64,000 bases of DNA from an uncultured virus (IMG/VR IMGVR_UViG_3300032291_003671) (Duplodnaviria > Heunggongvirae > Uroviricota > Caudoviricetes): IMG/VR virus record IMGVR_UViG_3300032291_003671; one strand, given 5' to 3'. Each line of letters begins with the position of its first letter. Positions within the stretch are counted from its first letter, which is position 1. Both the position numbers and the translations under genes were made by a program. Of the stretch, positions 19,519 through 29,045 are shown one piece after another. The notes below the pieces were generated by a model, which saw only the letters and a list, made by a program, of their open reading frames with translations, did not search any database and was not told where the DNA came from.

Positions 19519-20223
19519 TTAATACAGGTAGTCTTTGTCTTCGTGTGTAACTAAATTAGTTGCTGTTTCATTATAAGTCTCATTAAACCAATTTAAAATC
19601 AACTCATTTAATCTATTTGTAGGTATATTAAAAAGACTTTGAATTTTCGAATACATTTTAGGGTCTATGTCTAATGGTCTTAATTTAAACATATCACCAT
19701 TTTCATCTACATAATCTTCATCCCATACCATAAATGTCCATTCACCCTTCGGTGCATCTTCAAAAGATGTAAAAATAAACGAAAATGACCCATCACGTTT
19801 TTTTATGAATTCAAAAGAATTCAAATAATCAATCAGGTATTTTTCAAATTTATCTGAATGTTCTTCTTTCAAATTTATATCACCACATTTTTGTTTGTAA
19901 ACGTTATAAAGATATGGTGAAAATCTATCTAAGAAATAATAATACAATTCATCTTTATCTTTACTATCTACTTTTATGTCTGAAATACTATCAATATATA
20001 TGTCTTTTAACATATCACAAGATTCTTCAATAAATTCACCTACAGAATCAAACTCACATGGATAACTATTATCAATAACACCCCAATCCAAATCGTCTTG
20101 TACGGTTTTTAACATTGGCACAAGTCTTCTAACAAATCTTGGAGTAAAATCATTTACTCTGAAATGTTTATCCAAAGACTCAACTAATAAATTGTACTGT
20201 AATTCTGTAACGATGTATTTCAT
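19519..20223 (-). CDS. Hypothetical two-module protein with VTE leader
   Basis: MKYIVTELQYNLLVES; internal LKEE junction. Confidence 0.8.
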   Translation of the reverse strand: MKYIVTELQYNLLVESLDKHFRVNDFTPRFVRRLVPMLKTVQDDLDWGVIDNSYPCEFDSVGEFIEESCDMLKDIYIDSISDIKVDSKDKDELYYYFLDRFSPYLYNVYKQKCGDINLKEEHSDKFEKYLIDYLNSFEFIKKRDGSFSFIFTSFEDAPKGEWTFMVWDEDYVDENGDMFKLRPLDIDPKMYSKIQSLFNIPTNRLNELILNWFNETYNETATNLVTHEDKDYLY

Positions 20224-20241
20224 TAACGTTATTTAGTTATT

Positions 20242-20622
20242 TTATTCGTCAAAATCAACTTGTTTAACAGGTAGTCCAGTGTGATGTTGGAACCATTCTT
20301 TGAATATTGGTTTCCAAACATTACCAAAAAATCCTTCAAGTGAGTCGTATTTTATATTCGGTAAAGTAACTAAAGGACAATGTCCTTTTGGTAGTGGCTC
20401 AGATAAATATTGGTTATTACAAGTGCTATACCATAAATCAAGTCCTGATAATTCTTCATCGTCATTACTATAATTTATGTAAAGTTCTCCTTCTTCCTCA
20501 ATTTCTTCAGCATAATACTGTGGAGTCTCCCATCCTTGTGGTGGAGTAAGGTGTTCATTCAAATACGTGATGATGGTATCCCTTAATTTTTGTTTTTGGG
20601 CTTCTGTTATTATTATTTTCAT
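20242..20622 (-). CDS. Hypothetical protein with ITE leader
   Basis: Start MKIIITEAQ; C-terminal GFFG..WKP.FK.WF motif shared with 22104 and 22466. Confidence 0.8.
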   Translation of the reverse strand: MKIIITEAQKQKLRDTIITYLNEHLTPPQGWETPQYYAEEIEEEGELYINYSNDDEELSGLDLWYSTCNNQYLSEPLPKGHCPLVTLPNIKYDSLEGFFGNVWKPIFKEWFQHHTGLPVKQVDFDE

Positions 20623-20623
20623 T

Positions 20624-21217
20624 TTAAATTCTTCTTGTTGTTTTTCCATTTTGAATATCCATAATGTGCAAAAATAATTCATCAAGGTCTTCGTCTCCTG
20701 ACTCAACCTTATAAACAACTTCATCTCTACTGTATAGAGTATTATTGGCGATATAATCTATCATTTCTTCATCTGTAATCCCTTCAGGTTTAACAGGTTC
20801 AGGCACACAATCCCCTTCTTTAGAAAATGTAAGTATTTCATTAACAGATAATCCTGATTCACCAGTGGCCTCTTCAAATTTTGGAACCATAGTTTCATCA
20901 TACCATTCTTCAATTACATGTGAAACATAAGACTGTCTAACACTTAATAGATTAGAAAGGTTTGTTTTAATATTGTCTGAGACTACTAAAGTTCCATTTC
21001 TGAACTTACCTTTATCAAAAAAATATATTGCACTGATAACTTCTTTACCATCAACACACCAATCCTCACGAAGATTTCCGTAATTACGGGATTTTGGAGT
21101 AATTTTTCTATTGCCATTACTAATATATTGATTCATATATTTTACGATGGCGTTGGTAATTTGTTGACTACTTTTATTTAGTCTATTAAACTGATTCTCT
21201 GTGAGGATAATCTTCAT
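20624..21217 (-). CDS. Hypothetical protein with LTE leader
   Basis: MKIILTENQFNRL. Confidence 0.8.
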   Translation of the reverse strand: MKIILTENQFNRLNKSSQQITNAIVKYMNQYISNGNRKITPKSRNYGNLREDWCVDGKEVISAIYFFDKGKFRNGTLVVSDNIKTNLSNLLSVRQSYVSHVIEEWYDETMVPKFEEATGESGLSVNEILTFSKEGDCVPEPVKPEGITDEEMIDYIANNTLYSRDEVVYKVESGDEDLDELFLHIMDIQNGKTTRRI

Positions 21218-21219
21218 TA

Positions 21220-21390
21220 TTACTTTTCAGACTTTTTACTTTTTTCTTCCGAAAGAATTGGCTTAACATCTCCAAGTTTTGATTCAACTAACTTCGAAAA
21301 GTTTTCTGTCATTACTTTTAATGTATCTGTGTGTTGTTCACGAATGGAGTTTTTCTCCTCTTCAGTCAAATTATTTAATATGTGTTTCAT
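21220..21390 (-). CDS. 56-aa peptide rich in hydrophobic-x-E sites
   Basis: Manually translated: MKHILNNLTEEEKNSIREQHTDTLKVMTENFSKLVESKLGDVKPILSEEKSKKSEK; TATTTAT at 21408. Confidence 0.75.
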   Translation of the reverse strand: MKHILNNLTEEEKNSIREQHTDTLKVMTENFSKLVESKLGDVKPILSEEKSKKSEK

Positions 21391-21428
21391 TTTTGTTTGG
21401 TTTAATTATAAATAGTCTAATATTTTTA

Positions 21429-21743
21429 TTACTCGTGGATTTCATTCCATAATTCAACAACATTATCATGATACGCTTCTTGTATTAAATCATTAAATTG
21501 GTCATAGTCCCAATCCACACCGTACCTACCTATCAAATATGGATGAAGAGTGTCCATCAAAACATTAAAAAATCGTGCAATAAATTCTATACGTCCTAAT
21601 TTTCTATAACTGTATTGTCTTGTAGATTTCATGAAACGGACTACTTCTGCAAATTTCATAGGCAAAAGCCTCTTAACATACCGTAATTGAGCTTCATTTT
21701 CAACTATCAATTTTAATTGTGATTCATTTAAAATATAGTTCAT
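21429..21743 (-). CDS. Hypothetical protein with LNE leader
   Basis: MNYILNESQLKLIVEN. Confidence 0.8.
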   Translation of the reverse strand: MNYILNESQLKLIVENEAQLRYVKRLLPMKFAEVVRFMKSTRQYSYRKLGRIEFIARFFNVLMDTLHPYLIGRYGVDWDYDQFNDLIQEAYHDNVVELWNEIHE

Positions 21744-22102
21744 ATTATATAATCGACAACATTATCACCTTTCATTTTTATTGATTTGATTACCTGACGA
21801 TATTTTTCATCAATCCATTTATCTTGACTGTCTTGTACAAAAGGAATACAATTTGGTAGTGGATATTTTATTGCTTCCAATCTCCAGGGAGTTAATTTTA
21901 CCTCTTTACTTGTTAAGTTATCAAGTGTGAGTACACTACAATCACCCTCCCAAGTTGGTTCAGCAACTCCACCTTGACCGTCACCAGGTTTTGTAACAAA
22001 TATAATATTGTTATCAACAAGTTTTTGAATATCAAAAGTCATACGAGAATTATCCATTCCCATCATTTCTCTAATTCTATGTATATTTTCTTGTAAATTC
22101 AT
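21740..22102 (-). CDS. Hypothetical protein with LQE leader
   Basis: MNLQENIHRIREMMG. Confidence 0.8.
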   Translation of the reverse strand: MNLQENIHRIREMMGMDNSRMTFDIQKLVDNNIIFVTKPGDGQGGVAEPTWEGDCSVLTLDNLTSKEVKLTPWRLEAIKYPLPNCIPFVQDSQDKWIDEKYRQVIKSIKMKGDNVVDYII

Positions 22103-22103
22103 A

Positions 22104-22469
22104 TTATTCTACTGTTTTAATAGGATATTCAAAATGATATCTAAACCATTTTTTAAAAGGTTCATGCCATAAGTCTCCAAAATATCCGTTTAACTTTTGA
22201 GCATACTCATGTTCAATATAAACAAGAGGAGCCCTTTCTCTTAAAAATAAATTATCAAAATACATTTTACCATACCATCTAAAACAAGTATTATCATTAT
22301 CGTAATCTCCTATGTAAAATAATACTCTGTTTTCATCTTCCGACCAATCATCTGTCACCTCATTATCTTCTATGGGATGAGTCATGTTAATATTATCAAT
22401 ATCAAATAACTCATTTAAGTAATTTGTGATAGTATTCTCCAATTTAGATTCTGTAATTAAATATTTCAT
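22104..22469 (-). CDS. Hypothetical protein with ITE leader; paralog of 22466-22843
   Basis: MKYLITESKL; aligns by eye along its whole length with the neighbour. Confidence 0.85.
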   Translation of the reverse strand: MKYLITESKLENTITNYLNELFDIDNINMTHPIEDNEVTDDWSEDENRVLFYIGDYDNDNTCFRWYGKMYFDNLFLRERAPLVYIEHEYAQKLNGYFGDLWHEPFKKWFRYHFEYPIKTVE

Positions 22470-22843
22470 ACTCTCTCTACTGTTTTAACAGGGTATTCAA
22501 AATTAACAGTAAACCATTTTTTGAATGGTTCTTTCCATTTATCTCCGAAGTATCCATCTAATTGGTTAAAATACTCTCTCTCAATGTCAACAACAGGACA
22601 TTTGTAGCTCATATTTCTACTTTTTATCCAATATTGTTTACCATACCACGTAAAACAAGTCTCCGTATCCTCATCGCCCCACTCTCCAAAATAAAAAACA
22701 ACGACATTTTCATTTGTATTCCATCCATCTTCATCATCATACTCGGGCATGTGAGTATAATCAATATTTTTTACATCAAATAACTCATCCAAGTAATTTG
22801 TGATTACATCATCCAGTTTTGACTCTGTTATTATATATTTCAT
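22466..22843 (-). CDS. Hypothetical protein with ITE leader; paralog of 22104-22469
   Basis: Start corrected to MKYIITESKL. Confidence 0.85.
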   Translation of the reverse strand: MKYIITESKLDDVITNYLDELFDVKNIDYTHMPEYDDEDGWNTNENVVVFYFGEWGDEDTETCFTWYGKQYWIKSRNMSYKCPVVDIEREYFNQLDGYFGDKWKEPFKKWFTVNFEYPVKTVERV

Positions 22844-22844
22844 A

Positions 22845-23207
22845 TTAGTTTTCAAAGTCATCATATTCCTCTTCATCTTCATCCTGGTATTGCCAGTCAT
22901 CAATTTTAAGATTCTTATCGTATTTTTTATTAAACCAATCAATTATTCCTACTATTACGACAGTCTCATTCATAGAAAATAATCTACGCAATTTTGCAAC
23001 AAAGTCATAATCCAAATAAATTATATCATAATCATCATGAACAAAAACTGTTGAACTTTTTATTCTATAAAGTATTTTATTATTGTCCATATATCCATCT
23101 GAAAGGTCAAATTCACCATCACCAATATCCCATAAACGCCAAGTGATACTATCCAAATACTTGGATATCAAACTATTTATTCTACTTTCTTGTATAATAT
23201 ATCTCAT
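22845..23207 (-). CDS. Hypothetical protein with IQE leader
   Basis: MRYIIQESRI. Confidence 0.8.
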   Translation of the reverse strand: MRYIIQESRINSLISKYLDSITWRLWDIGDGEFDLSDGYMDNNKILYRIKSSTVFVHDDYDIIYLDYDFVAKLRRLFSMNETVVIVGIIDWFNKKYDKNLKIDDWQYQDEDEEEYDDFEN

Positions 23208-23209
23208 AA

Positions 23210-23461
23210 TTAAAATACTGACACAATTTCACTTTTCCCTTGGTTATTTTTTCTATGGAACACTATACTCTTCTCAAAATTAAACATAGTTCTAATATCC
23301 TTGGCAAGTTCCATATCATATAAAAGTTTAATTGAAGTGTTGGGTATTATTTGAATATGGAGTCCTGAAGGTGTTATCTTTACGTCCTCAACAAAATCCT
23401 TGTCTATCAAGTATTTTGAAATAACTTTTTCCAATCTATTTTCTGTTATAATATATCTCAT
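23210..23461 (-). CDS. Hypothetical protein with ITE leader
   Basis: MRYIITENRLEKV; paralog of 23464-23709. Confidence 0.8.
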   Translation of the reverse strand: MRYIITENRLEKVISKYLIDKDFVEDVKITPSGLHIQIIPNTSIKLLYDMELAKDIRTMFNFEKSIVFHRKNNQGKSEIVSVF

Positions 23462-23463
23462 AG

Positions 23464-23709
23464 TTAAAATCTTGCAACACCTATATAATGTCCTTCAGTT
23501 TTTGAGGGTCTTAATATTTCCCCATGGTAATCAAACATTGTTATTATCTGATGAGCCAAGTTTTCACTTTCCTTAGGAGAAATTGTATATTTTAACCAAA
23601 TATGAACTTCATCGTCTTGAAATGAAATATCTTCTATAAAGTCTTTTTCTTTCAAAAACTTCATAAGAACTTTTTCTAACTTGCCTTCAGTAATAATATA
23701 TTTCATCAA
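23464..23709 (-). CDS. Hypothetical protein with ITE leader
   Basis: MKYIITEGKLEKV. Confidence 0.8.
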   Translation of the reverse strand: MMKYIITEGKLEKVLMKFLKEKDFIEDISFQDDEVHIWLKYTISPKESENLAHQIITMFDYHGEILRPSKTEGHYIGVARF

Positions 23710-23712
23710 TCG

Positions 23713-23988
23713 TTAAATTTTATCCACAGCATTAGTGAATTTATGACATTTTTCAGATATACCTCCCTTATCATGGTCAGTAATGGATAATTTCACATTA
23801 TCATAATGAACGGTCATATCAGGATGATGATTTTGTTTATCAGCAATTTTCATGACAGCTTCAACAAATGGCATAACTTCTTTATAATTTTTAAAATAAT
23901 ATGTTTTGATAAGCTTATCTTTTACCACTTTCCAATCACTATTATTTATAATCGTTCTTTTCTGTTGTTCTGTTATAATATATTTCAT
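23713..23988 (-). CDS. phhB: Pterin-4-alpha-carbinolamine dehydratase with ITE leader
   Basis: W...L.KTY.FKNY...F...IADKQNHHPD...THD.GGISEK signature; start MKYIITEQQ. Confidence 0.88.
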   Translation of the reverse strand: MKYIITEQQKRTIINNSDWKVVKDKLIKTYYFKNYKEVMPFVEAVMKIADKQNHHPDMTVHYDNVKLSITDHDKGGISEKCHKFTNAVDKI

Positions 23989-24066
23989 CTTAATATATAA
24001 ATATACCAAATTATCTCTTTAATAGAAACAAAAAACCCCTCTTTTTAGGAGGGGTTCAAATATTAT

Positions 24067-24576
24067 TTACCAACTACGACATGCCCAATAACGTGGTTTC
24101 CATCTTGGACCAGGAGTATCACAATTCATTCTTGCTCTAAAGTTTTTTCTACGTTCAGGATTATTTTTCTTAATCACCATTCTTTTACCTTTAGCAGATT
24201 TACCACCAAACCCAAAATTAACTTTTACAACCTTACCCTTATCGTTTTTGACGTAAACTTTGAATTTTTTTATGTCTCCTTGCATAATCTTTCCAAGTTG
24301 GACTTTTCTTCCTTGGTACTCCGCCTCGTTTAAGGTACCTTCCTCAAATTCAGTTTCTTCAACTGAACCATATTCATCTTCATACAAAGTTTCTTCAACA
24401 GATTCTTTCTTAACACAATTTGGATATCTTTTTCCAAACATGGTTTTCATTCCTTTTTGTGTATAACCTTTCCAACACTTCTCGGTGATTTCGGATTCAT
24501 TTGTGTTTTGTTCTTCAAGAACACGTTTAACCAAATTTATTAAATCAGATTCTGTGAGTTTAACTATTTTTGTCAT
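24067..24576 (-). CDS. Hypothetical phage protein with LTE leader and basic C-terminal domain
   Basis: CWKGY module and RKNFRARMNC...YWACRSW module, each preceded by an ITE/LNE site. Confidence 0.8.
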   Translation of the reverse strand: MTKIVKLTESDLINLVKRVLEEQNTNESEITEKCWKGYTQKGMKTMFGKRYPNCVKKESVEETLYEDEYGSVEETEFEEGTLNEAEYQGRKVQLGKIMQGDIKKFKVYVKNDKGKVVKVNFGFGGKSAKGKRMVIKKNNPERRKNFRARMNCDTPGPRWKPRYWACRSW

Positions 24577-24611
24577 AATAATTTATATTACTATAAATAT
24601 ATGAATATACC

Positions 24612-24800
24612 CTATTTTTTTTTAATACCGTGAATTATCTCATTACCACCCATACGTTCTCTAAATCTTGCCATAAGTAATTTCCTGGATAAATTCTCTG
24701 AATAATCCTCCCAAGACATTTGTAGAAGATTTATGGTTTGGTCGTAAACTATATTATAAATTGTTTGGTTATAAAATCCTTCTGAATTATCATTTTCCAT
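24612..24800 (-). CDS. Hypothetical protein
   Basis: 62 aa; C-terminal IHGIK shared with the neighbour. Confidence 0.55.
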   Translation of the reverse strand: MENDNSEGFYNQTIYNIVYDQTINLLQMSWEDYSENLSRKLLMARFRERMGGNEIIHGIKKK

Positions 24801-24999
24801 TATCTATCAATTTAATCCCGTGAATTAATCTATTATCTTCAGACTTTGTTTTATGGGCATCCTCAAAGTCAGGTCTAAGAATTTTTGTCCTATATAAATT
24901 GGCATCAAATTTCTTAAACAATTTCTTAAACAATTTATCCACATCCGAATTCACATATAAAGGATAATCAACATCGTTCTTATTTACCATATCATGCAT
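24790..24999 (-). CDS. Hypothetical protein
   Basis: 69 aa, overlapping operon arrangement. Confidence 0.55.
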   Translation of the reverse strand: MHDMVNKNDVDYPLYVNSDVDKLFKKLFKKFDANLYRTKILRPDFEDAHKTKSEDNRLIHGIKLIDNGK

Positions 25000-25189
25000 T
25001 ACATTTACGTCCAGTGGCAGATGGGGTTTTCAAATAATCTGAATACCTCATGGTATAACTAAACCCCGTCTCTTGAACATTATACAAAAACCGATTTCTC
25101 CAAAATTTTGTGACAACACAGTAGTACCCATTCAAAATGAATGAGGACCCAATCTCAAATCTACATTTCTCTCTATGTAAGTTTCTCAT
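24992..25189 (-). CDS. Hypothetical protein
   Basis: 65 aa. Confidence 0.55.
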   Translation of the reverse strand: MRNLHREKCRFEIGSSFILNGYYCVVTKFWRNRFLYNVQETGFSYTMRYSDYLKTPSATGRKCNA

Positions 25190-25688
25190 AATTTAATAGT
25201 TGGTCTGCTTCACCATCTGTCATAAAATCACCTGGCATAGTTGTAGTCACTCTACGATTCAATACATTTTCTACTGCACGACTACCACCATTTTCAAACA
25301 TCGTTGGGGTATATATATTACAACCCATCACCTCACTAACCTGATGAAGTCTTGCAAGGGGAATTACCGTATAATCCAATATCTTATTTACTTTCTCGGG
25401 TTGTTCTAAAAACAAATTCCCTGAATTAATAACCTTACAATTCAAAACCTCTTCAACCCATTCACTAATAACTGATTGAAATTCTTCACTCTCCATTGAG
25501 AACAATTCAAAGAACTTAACAAAAAATGAATATCTCCAATATAACATTCCGTTCTTTTTATATTCCAAATACCAATACTTATTATCGGCATCAATAAACC
25601 ATACAGAGTCATAATGTTCGATAATTTGAACATGAGATAAATCCTCGTATAGTTTCTTAAAAATAATTTTCTTTAATTTTTCTTCCAT
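25173..25688 (-). CDS. Hypothetical protein with degenerate VEEVLN repeats; paralog of 29468-29884
   Basis: Shared N-domain LKKIIFKKLYEDLS...WVEEVLN. Confidence 0.85.
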   Translation of the reverse strand: MEEKLKKIIFKKLYEDLSHVQIIEHYDSVWFIDADNKYWYLEYKKNGMLYWRYSFFVKFFELFSMESEEFQSVISEWVEEVLNCKVINSGNLFLEQPEKVNKILDYTVIPLARLHQVSEVMGCNIYTPTMFENGGSRAVENVLNRRVTTTMPGDFMTDGEADQLLNYEKLT

Positions 25689-25781
25689 GACTAATCTTTT
25701 GAATTCCTACCTGTTTGATATCCAGCAAGGAACCACATACCAAATCCAATCCACATTAATAAATTTATTACTATTGACATC

Positions 25782-26024
25782 TTATTTTTGATTAAAAAAA
25801 TCGTCGTAAATTTCTTCCATTGTTTTGAGTAGTACAATATCTCCATCATAATCTCCAGCTGAGTTTTCTAAAACTTTATCCCCGAATTTCATCATCTGCT
25901 CTTTGTCCCTTATTGTTGCTCTAACTAAAGTTTCTTCGTTATACTCGATGTCTTGTTTATTTACAGGATTAAATATAACATTATCATACAACCACTCTAC
26001 TGCTGTTTTTTTATTTTCAACCAT
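25782..26024 (-). CDS. Hypothetical phage protein
   Basis: N-terminal KTAVEWL motif. Confidence 0.7.
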   Translation of the reverse strand: MVENKKTAVEWLYDNVIFNPVNKQDIEYNEETLVRATIRDKEQMMKFGDKVLENSAGDYDGDIVLLKTMEEIYDDFFNQK

Positions 26025-26025
26025 C

Positions 26026-26262
26026 TTATTTATTACGATTTAACTTACTAATTCTATGCCATCTTTTAATAAACCAATACATATGTACCATACATACCAT
26101 GATGTTCACAATGATGGTCGGATTATTTTGAATTAAAAATCCATACCAGGTCCACACCAAACAAGCAAATAAGTTTACCGTCCTAACCAACTTTTGTTTA
26201 GAGAACGCAAAGGATAAAACGCTCATCCCCATCGCAAAGTAACCAACCAATTCTGTTATCAT
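26026..26262 (-). CDS. YgjV/PQ-loop-like small inner-membrane protein
   Basis: Three TM helices; LVR.VNL.AC..W..YG.LI...P pattern. Confidence 0.65.
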   Translation of the reverse strand: MITELVGYFAMGMSVLSFAFSKQKLVRTVNLFACLVWTWYGFLIQNNPTIIVNIMVCMVHMYWFIKRWHRISKLNRNK

Positions 26263-26433
26263 CTTTCTTTAGTCATATAGTCAACAATTAATGCAATAAC
26301 CATAAGGCTAACTACCACAACAAAACAGATAATCCAAGGAAATATACTACTCATAATTTTTTTAGTTTATAATACAAAGATAAGAATTTAACCCAAATTT
26401 TCAAAAATTTTTTTTTGAGATTATACAAGTATT

Positions 26434-26808
26434 TTAACATAGGGGGTCATTTGGTTTATAAAACAATTTCAAAAACTTATCTTTATTAGTATATTGGGGG
26501 ACATTAAAAAATACCACATGAAAACTTATGAAATCATATTCGGTAAATGTATATAAAAACAAATTTGAAATTTCTTTGGAATACTCTTCCCGTGTTTTTT
26601 TGGGGTATTCTCCTTTTTTGAAATTTATTTGAATTTGTATCTTAAAATTTTCTTTTGTACCAAGACTTTCGGGATTATATATGTTTGTTACATCAATATC
26701 CTGAATCTGTACAGATTCAATCTCGGGCAGCATTTTTAATATAACAACCTCAAACTCTTTTGGAATCCTAAGGTCTGAAACTTCATATATAGGTAATTGT
26801 TTTTTCAT
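26434..26808 (-). CDS. Hypothetical protein
   Basis: 124-aa ORF. Confidence 0.7.
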   Translation of the reverse strand: MKKQLPIYEVSDLRIPKEFEVVILKMLPEIESVQIQDIDVTNIYNPESLGTKENFKIQIQINFKKGEYPKKTREEYSKEISNLFLYTFTEYDFISFHVVFFNVPQYTNKDKFLKLFYKPNDPLC

Positions 26809-26860
26809 TAATTGTCTTGTTGTTTAATATGGTTATTCGGTATTTCCGAATTACTTCATT

Positions 26861-27073
26861 CTACACCTTTGATGCTAGTCCTAACAAAAAAATCAATACT
26901 GCACCAGTAACAATTCTTAACCACATTATTTCGTGTGGACCAATAATTCCGTATACACATGATAACACAACCCCCCAACAAACCAAAAACATAACTAACA
27001 TTCCTATTCCACTTAAGAATGGTATCACCACTTGTTCTAAAAACCACTCTATTGCTTTTTTTTCATTTTCCAT
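26861..27073 (-). CDS. Small membrane protein
   Basis: Two TM segments. Confidence 0.65.
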   Translation of the reverse strand: MENEKKAIEWFLEQVVIPFLSGIGMLVMFLVCWGVVLSCVYGIIGPHEIMWLRIVTGAVLIFLLGLASKV

Positions 27074-27080
27074 TTTCTTG

Positions 27081-27287
27081 TTATTTACGCTTTATATCTA
27101 ACTTATGCTTTCTAATCGCATTCGATATACACTCGCCGAAGTTATCTATTAGGTATTTACCTAATTTGTTATATGGTAATGGTTGTCCTTGAGCGTTATA
27201 TAGTTTGGATTTGTTACCTTTGAGCTGTTCCATATGTTGGATTTGCTCTTTGGTAGCATCTAATTTAACTGATATCTTGTTTGCCAT
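27081..27287 (-). CDS. Hypothetical protein
   Basis: 68 aa. Confidence 0.6.
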   Translation of the reverse strand: MANKISVKLDATKEQIQHMEQLKGNKSKLYNAQGQPLPYNKLGKYLIDNFGECISNAIRKHKLDIKRK

Positions 27288-27606
27288 TGTCTTGTTTTTT
27301 AAGTTTTTCTAAATCTTCTTTTAATCTCTTCCGAAAACTATCTTCCCCATCATCACCACTCAATAACCAATCAATTCTTTGAGCATAAATTTGAGCCATT
27401 CGTAATAGATTTACTCCTTTCTTAAACTCTAAAATTATATCTTGTGGGTATTCGTAGTGATGTGTTTGAAGGCTAAGTCCCCAATAGCTCGTATCTTTAA
27501 TTTCTTCCTCTGTAAGTGGCTTACCACTCCTGTCTATTTCCTCTTGAATAGAATCAGCTATATCTTCTATTCTATATTGGGTGTAATCAAAGTGTCCTCC
27601 GCTCAT
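27265..27606 (-). CDS. Hypothetical phage protein
   Basis: MSGGHFDY...RIDWLLSGDDGE; promoter motif at 27627. Confidence 0.8.
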   Translation of the reverse strand: MSGGHFDYTQYRIEDIADSIQEEIDRSGKPLTEEEIKDTSYWGLSLQTHHYEYPQDIILEFKKGVNLLRMAQIYAQRIDWLLSGDDGEDSFRKRLKEDLEKLKKQDNGKQDIS

Positions 27607-27737
27607 TTGTCTTGTTGTTTATTAAACAAAGATAATAAAATAATCTTAAATAAAAAAACAGTTGTTTAATAGGACCATAATGAGATGACCATTATATAAA
27701 AAGAATAAATCCGACCGAAGGTCGGGAACCGTCGGTC

Positions 27738-27794
27738 AAAAAGGGGCGGGGGATTCAATCGACCGAAGGGAGTTCGGACCGAACGCGGTATACG
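27738..27794. repeat. Dispersed ~55-bp GC-rich repeat, copy 1 (diverged)
   Basis: AAAAAGGGGCGGGGGATTCAATCGACCGAAGGGAGTTCGGACCGAACGCGGTATACG. Confidence 0.85.
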
Positions 27795-27805
27795 GATAAC
27801 AATAC

Positions 27806-28147
27806 TTATGACCAAACGTCACTATCCTTATCTCGTTTTAGATTTCTTTTATACTCAAGAACTTTTTTAGGGTTAACAAAGAGAACACCGTCATATTCAA
27901 ACGTGTGGTTATCAATTAAATCATCCACATCAAATCCTGGCCAATTATCAAAGAATTCAATATCTTCGGTTCTATATTCACCTTCAGATTCGAACGGCCA
28001 AGATGATGGTTTAATAATCACATCCAAATCGTTAACATCTTTTATAATTCCAACAACACATAACGGGGCGGAACCAAAGACAGCATATTTACCCTTAGGT
28101 AAATCATATTCTTTCAACATGTCAAGAAAAAGGTTCAATCGTTTCAT
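27806..28147 (-). CDS. Putative nucleotidyltransferase (Pol-beta superfamily, minimal)
   Basis: FGSA...DVNDLDV (GS plus DxD motif). Confidence 0.6.
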   Translation of the reverse strand: MKRLNLFLDMLKEYDLPKGKYAVFGSAPLCVVGIIKDVNDLDVIIKPSSWPFESEGEYRTEDIEFFDNWPGFDVDDLIDNHTFEYDGVLFVNPKKVLEYKRNLKRDKDSDVWS

Positions 28148-28340
28148 GATGATAAATAGTTAGGTTCCCAAAAAGGTGCGGTATACGAATAACGACTATT
28201 CAATACCGAACGAAAGTAAAGAAGACCTTTGTTTATTATACAGAAGTAATATTTACCCCCATACTTTATATAATAACAACTTCCGAGATTGTCACCATTT
28301 TACTTCCGAAGATGGACATAAAAAACCCCTATATAAGGGG

Positions 28341-28754
28341 TCAATATCTTTTATTAGGGGTGGTGGATTTGGCCTCGACTCTCAATGGAATATCCCATCT
28401 ATTTAAATCAAGATTAAAGAAGGAATTCAAATCCATCCATATAAAGGCTCTATTCATGTCGGTTTGAATCTTGCTTGTGCCCTCAAAAAGAAAAGTTACC
28501 ACAAATCTTTCAGATTTATAACCAGGACTTATAAATAAATAAGGTTGCACTTCAACATTAACATCAACCAACTTATCCCCAAACTTAAATTTAAAATACT
28601 TAATCATCTTGGGTAATATATTCTTAAGATATTCCCTATTCTTTTCAATATCTTGAATTTTCTGTTCCTTGGTCTTAAATGCATACTTCTTATCAACCCT
28701 ATCAGATGGCGGGGTAACACTCTCCCTTAAAACTCTACGAATTAATTCTCTCAT
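28341..28754 (-). CDS. Hypothetical protein with IRxxLRE leader; paralog of 29046-29438
   Basis: Shared LPK.I..F..K.GDKL.D...IW.DLNSFFN.D. Confidence 0.8.
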   Translation of the reverse strand: MRELIRRVLRESVTPPSDRVDKKYAFKTKEQKIQDIEKNREYLKNILPKMIKYFKFKFGDKLVDVNVEVQPYLFISPGYKSERFVVTFLFEGTSKIQTDMNRAFIWMDLNSFFNLDLNRWDIPLRVEAKSTTPNKRY

Positions 28755-28757
28755 AAT

Positions 28758-29042
28758 TTACTTTAACAATGAATCATAAAAAAACTCAATTATATATTTC
28801 TCATACTTATTAGAAAAATATTCGTATACTACATCATAATCGTCGTCATCACGAATAGATTCAAGAGTTGCGTAATTCAACATATCTCTAACATAATCAA
28901 ATACTTCAAATTCTTTCCAATACAAACGTACATCTTTGGGGTCAAGACTATTAATAACCTCCTCACCTTTATGTAATCTTCTTCGAATGGAATTATTTAA
29001 TTCCAATAATCTGAATTGTTCTTCTGTAATAATATATTTCAT
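28758..29042 (-). CDS. Hypothetical protein with ITE leader
   Basis: MKYIITEEQFRLLE. Confidence 0.8.
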   Translation of the reverse strand: MKYIITEEQFRLLELNNSIRRRLHKGEEVINSLDPKDVRLYWKEFEVFDYVRDMLNYATLESIRDDDDYDVVYEYFSNKYEKYIIEFFYDSLLK

Positions 29043-29045
29043 AAT

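Noticed and set aside
22104..22843. Diversity-generating retroelement template/variable pair
   Set aside because: Differences between the paralogs are not adenine-specific and no reverse transcriptase is in the window.
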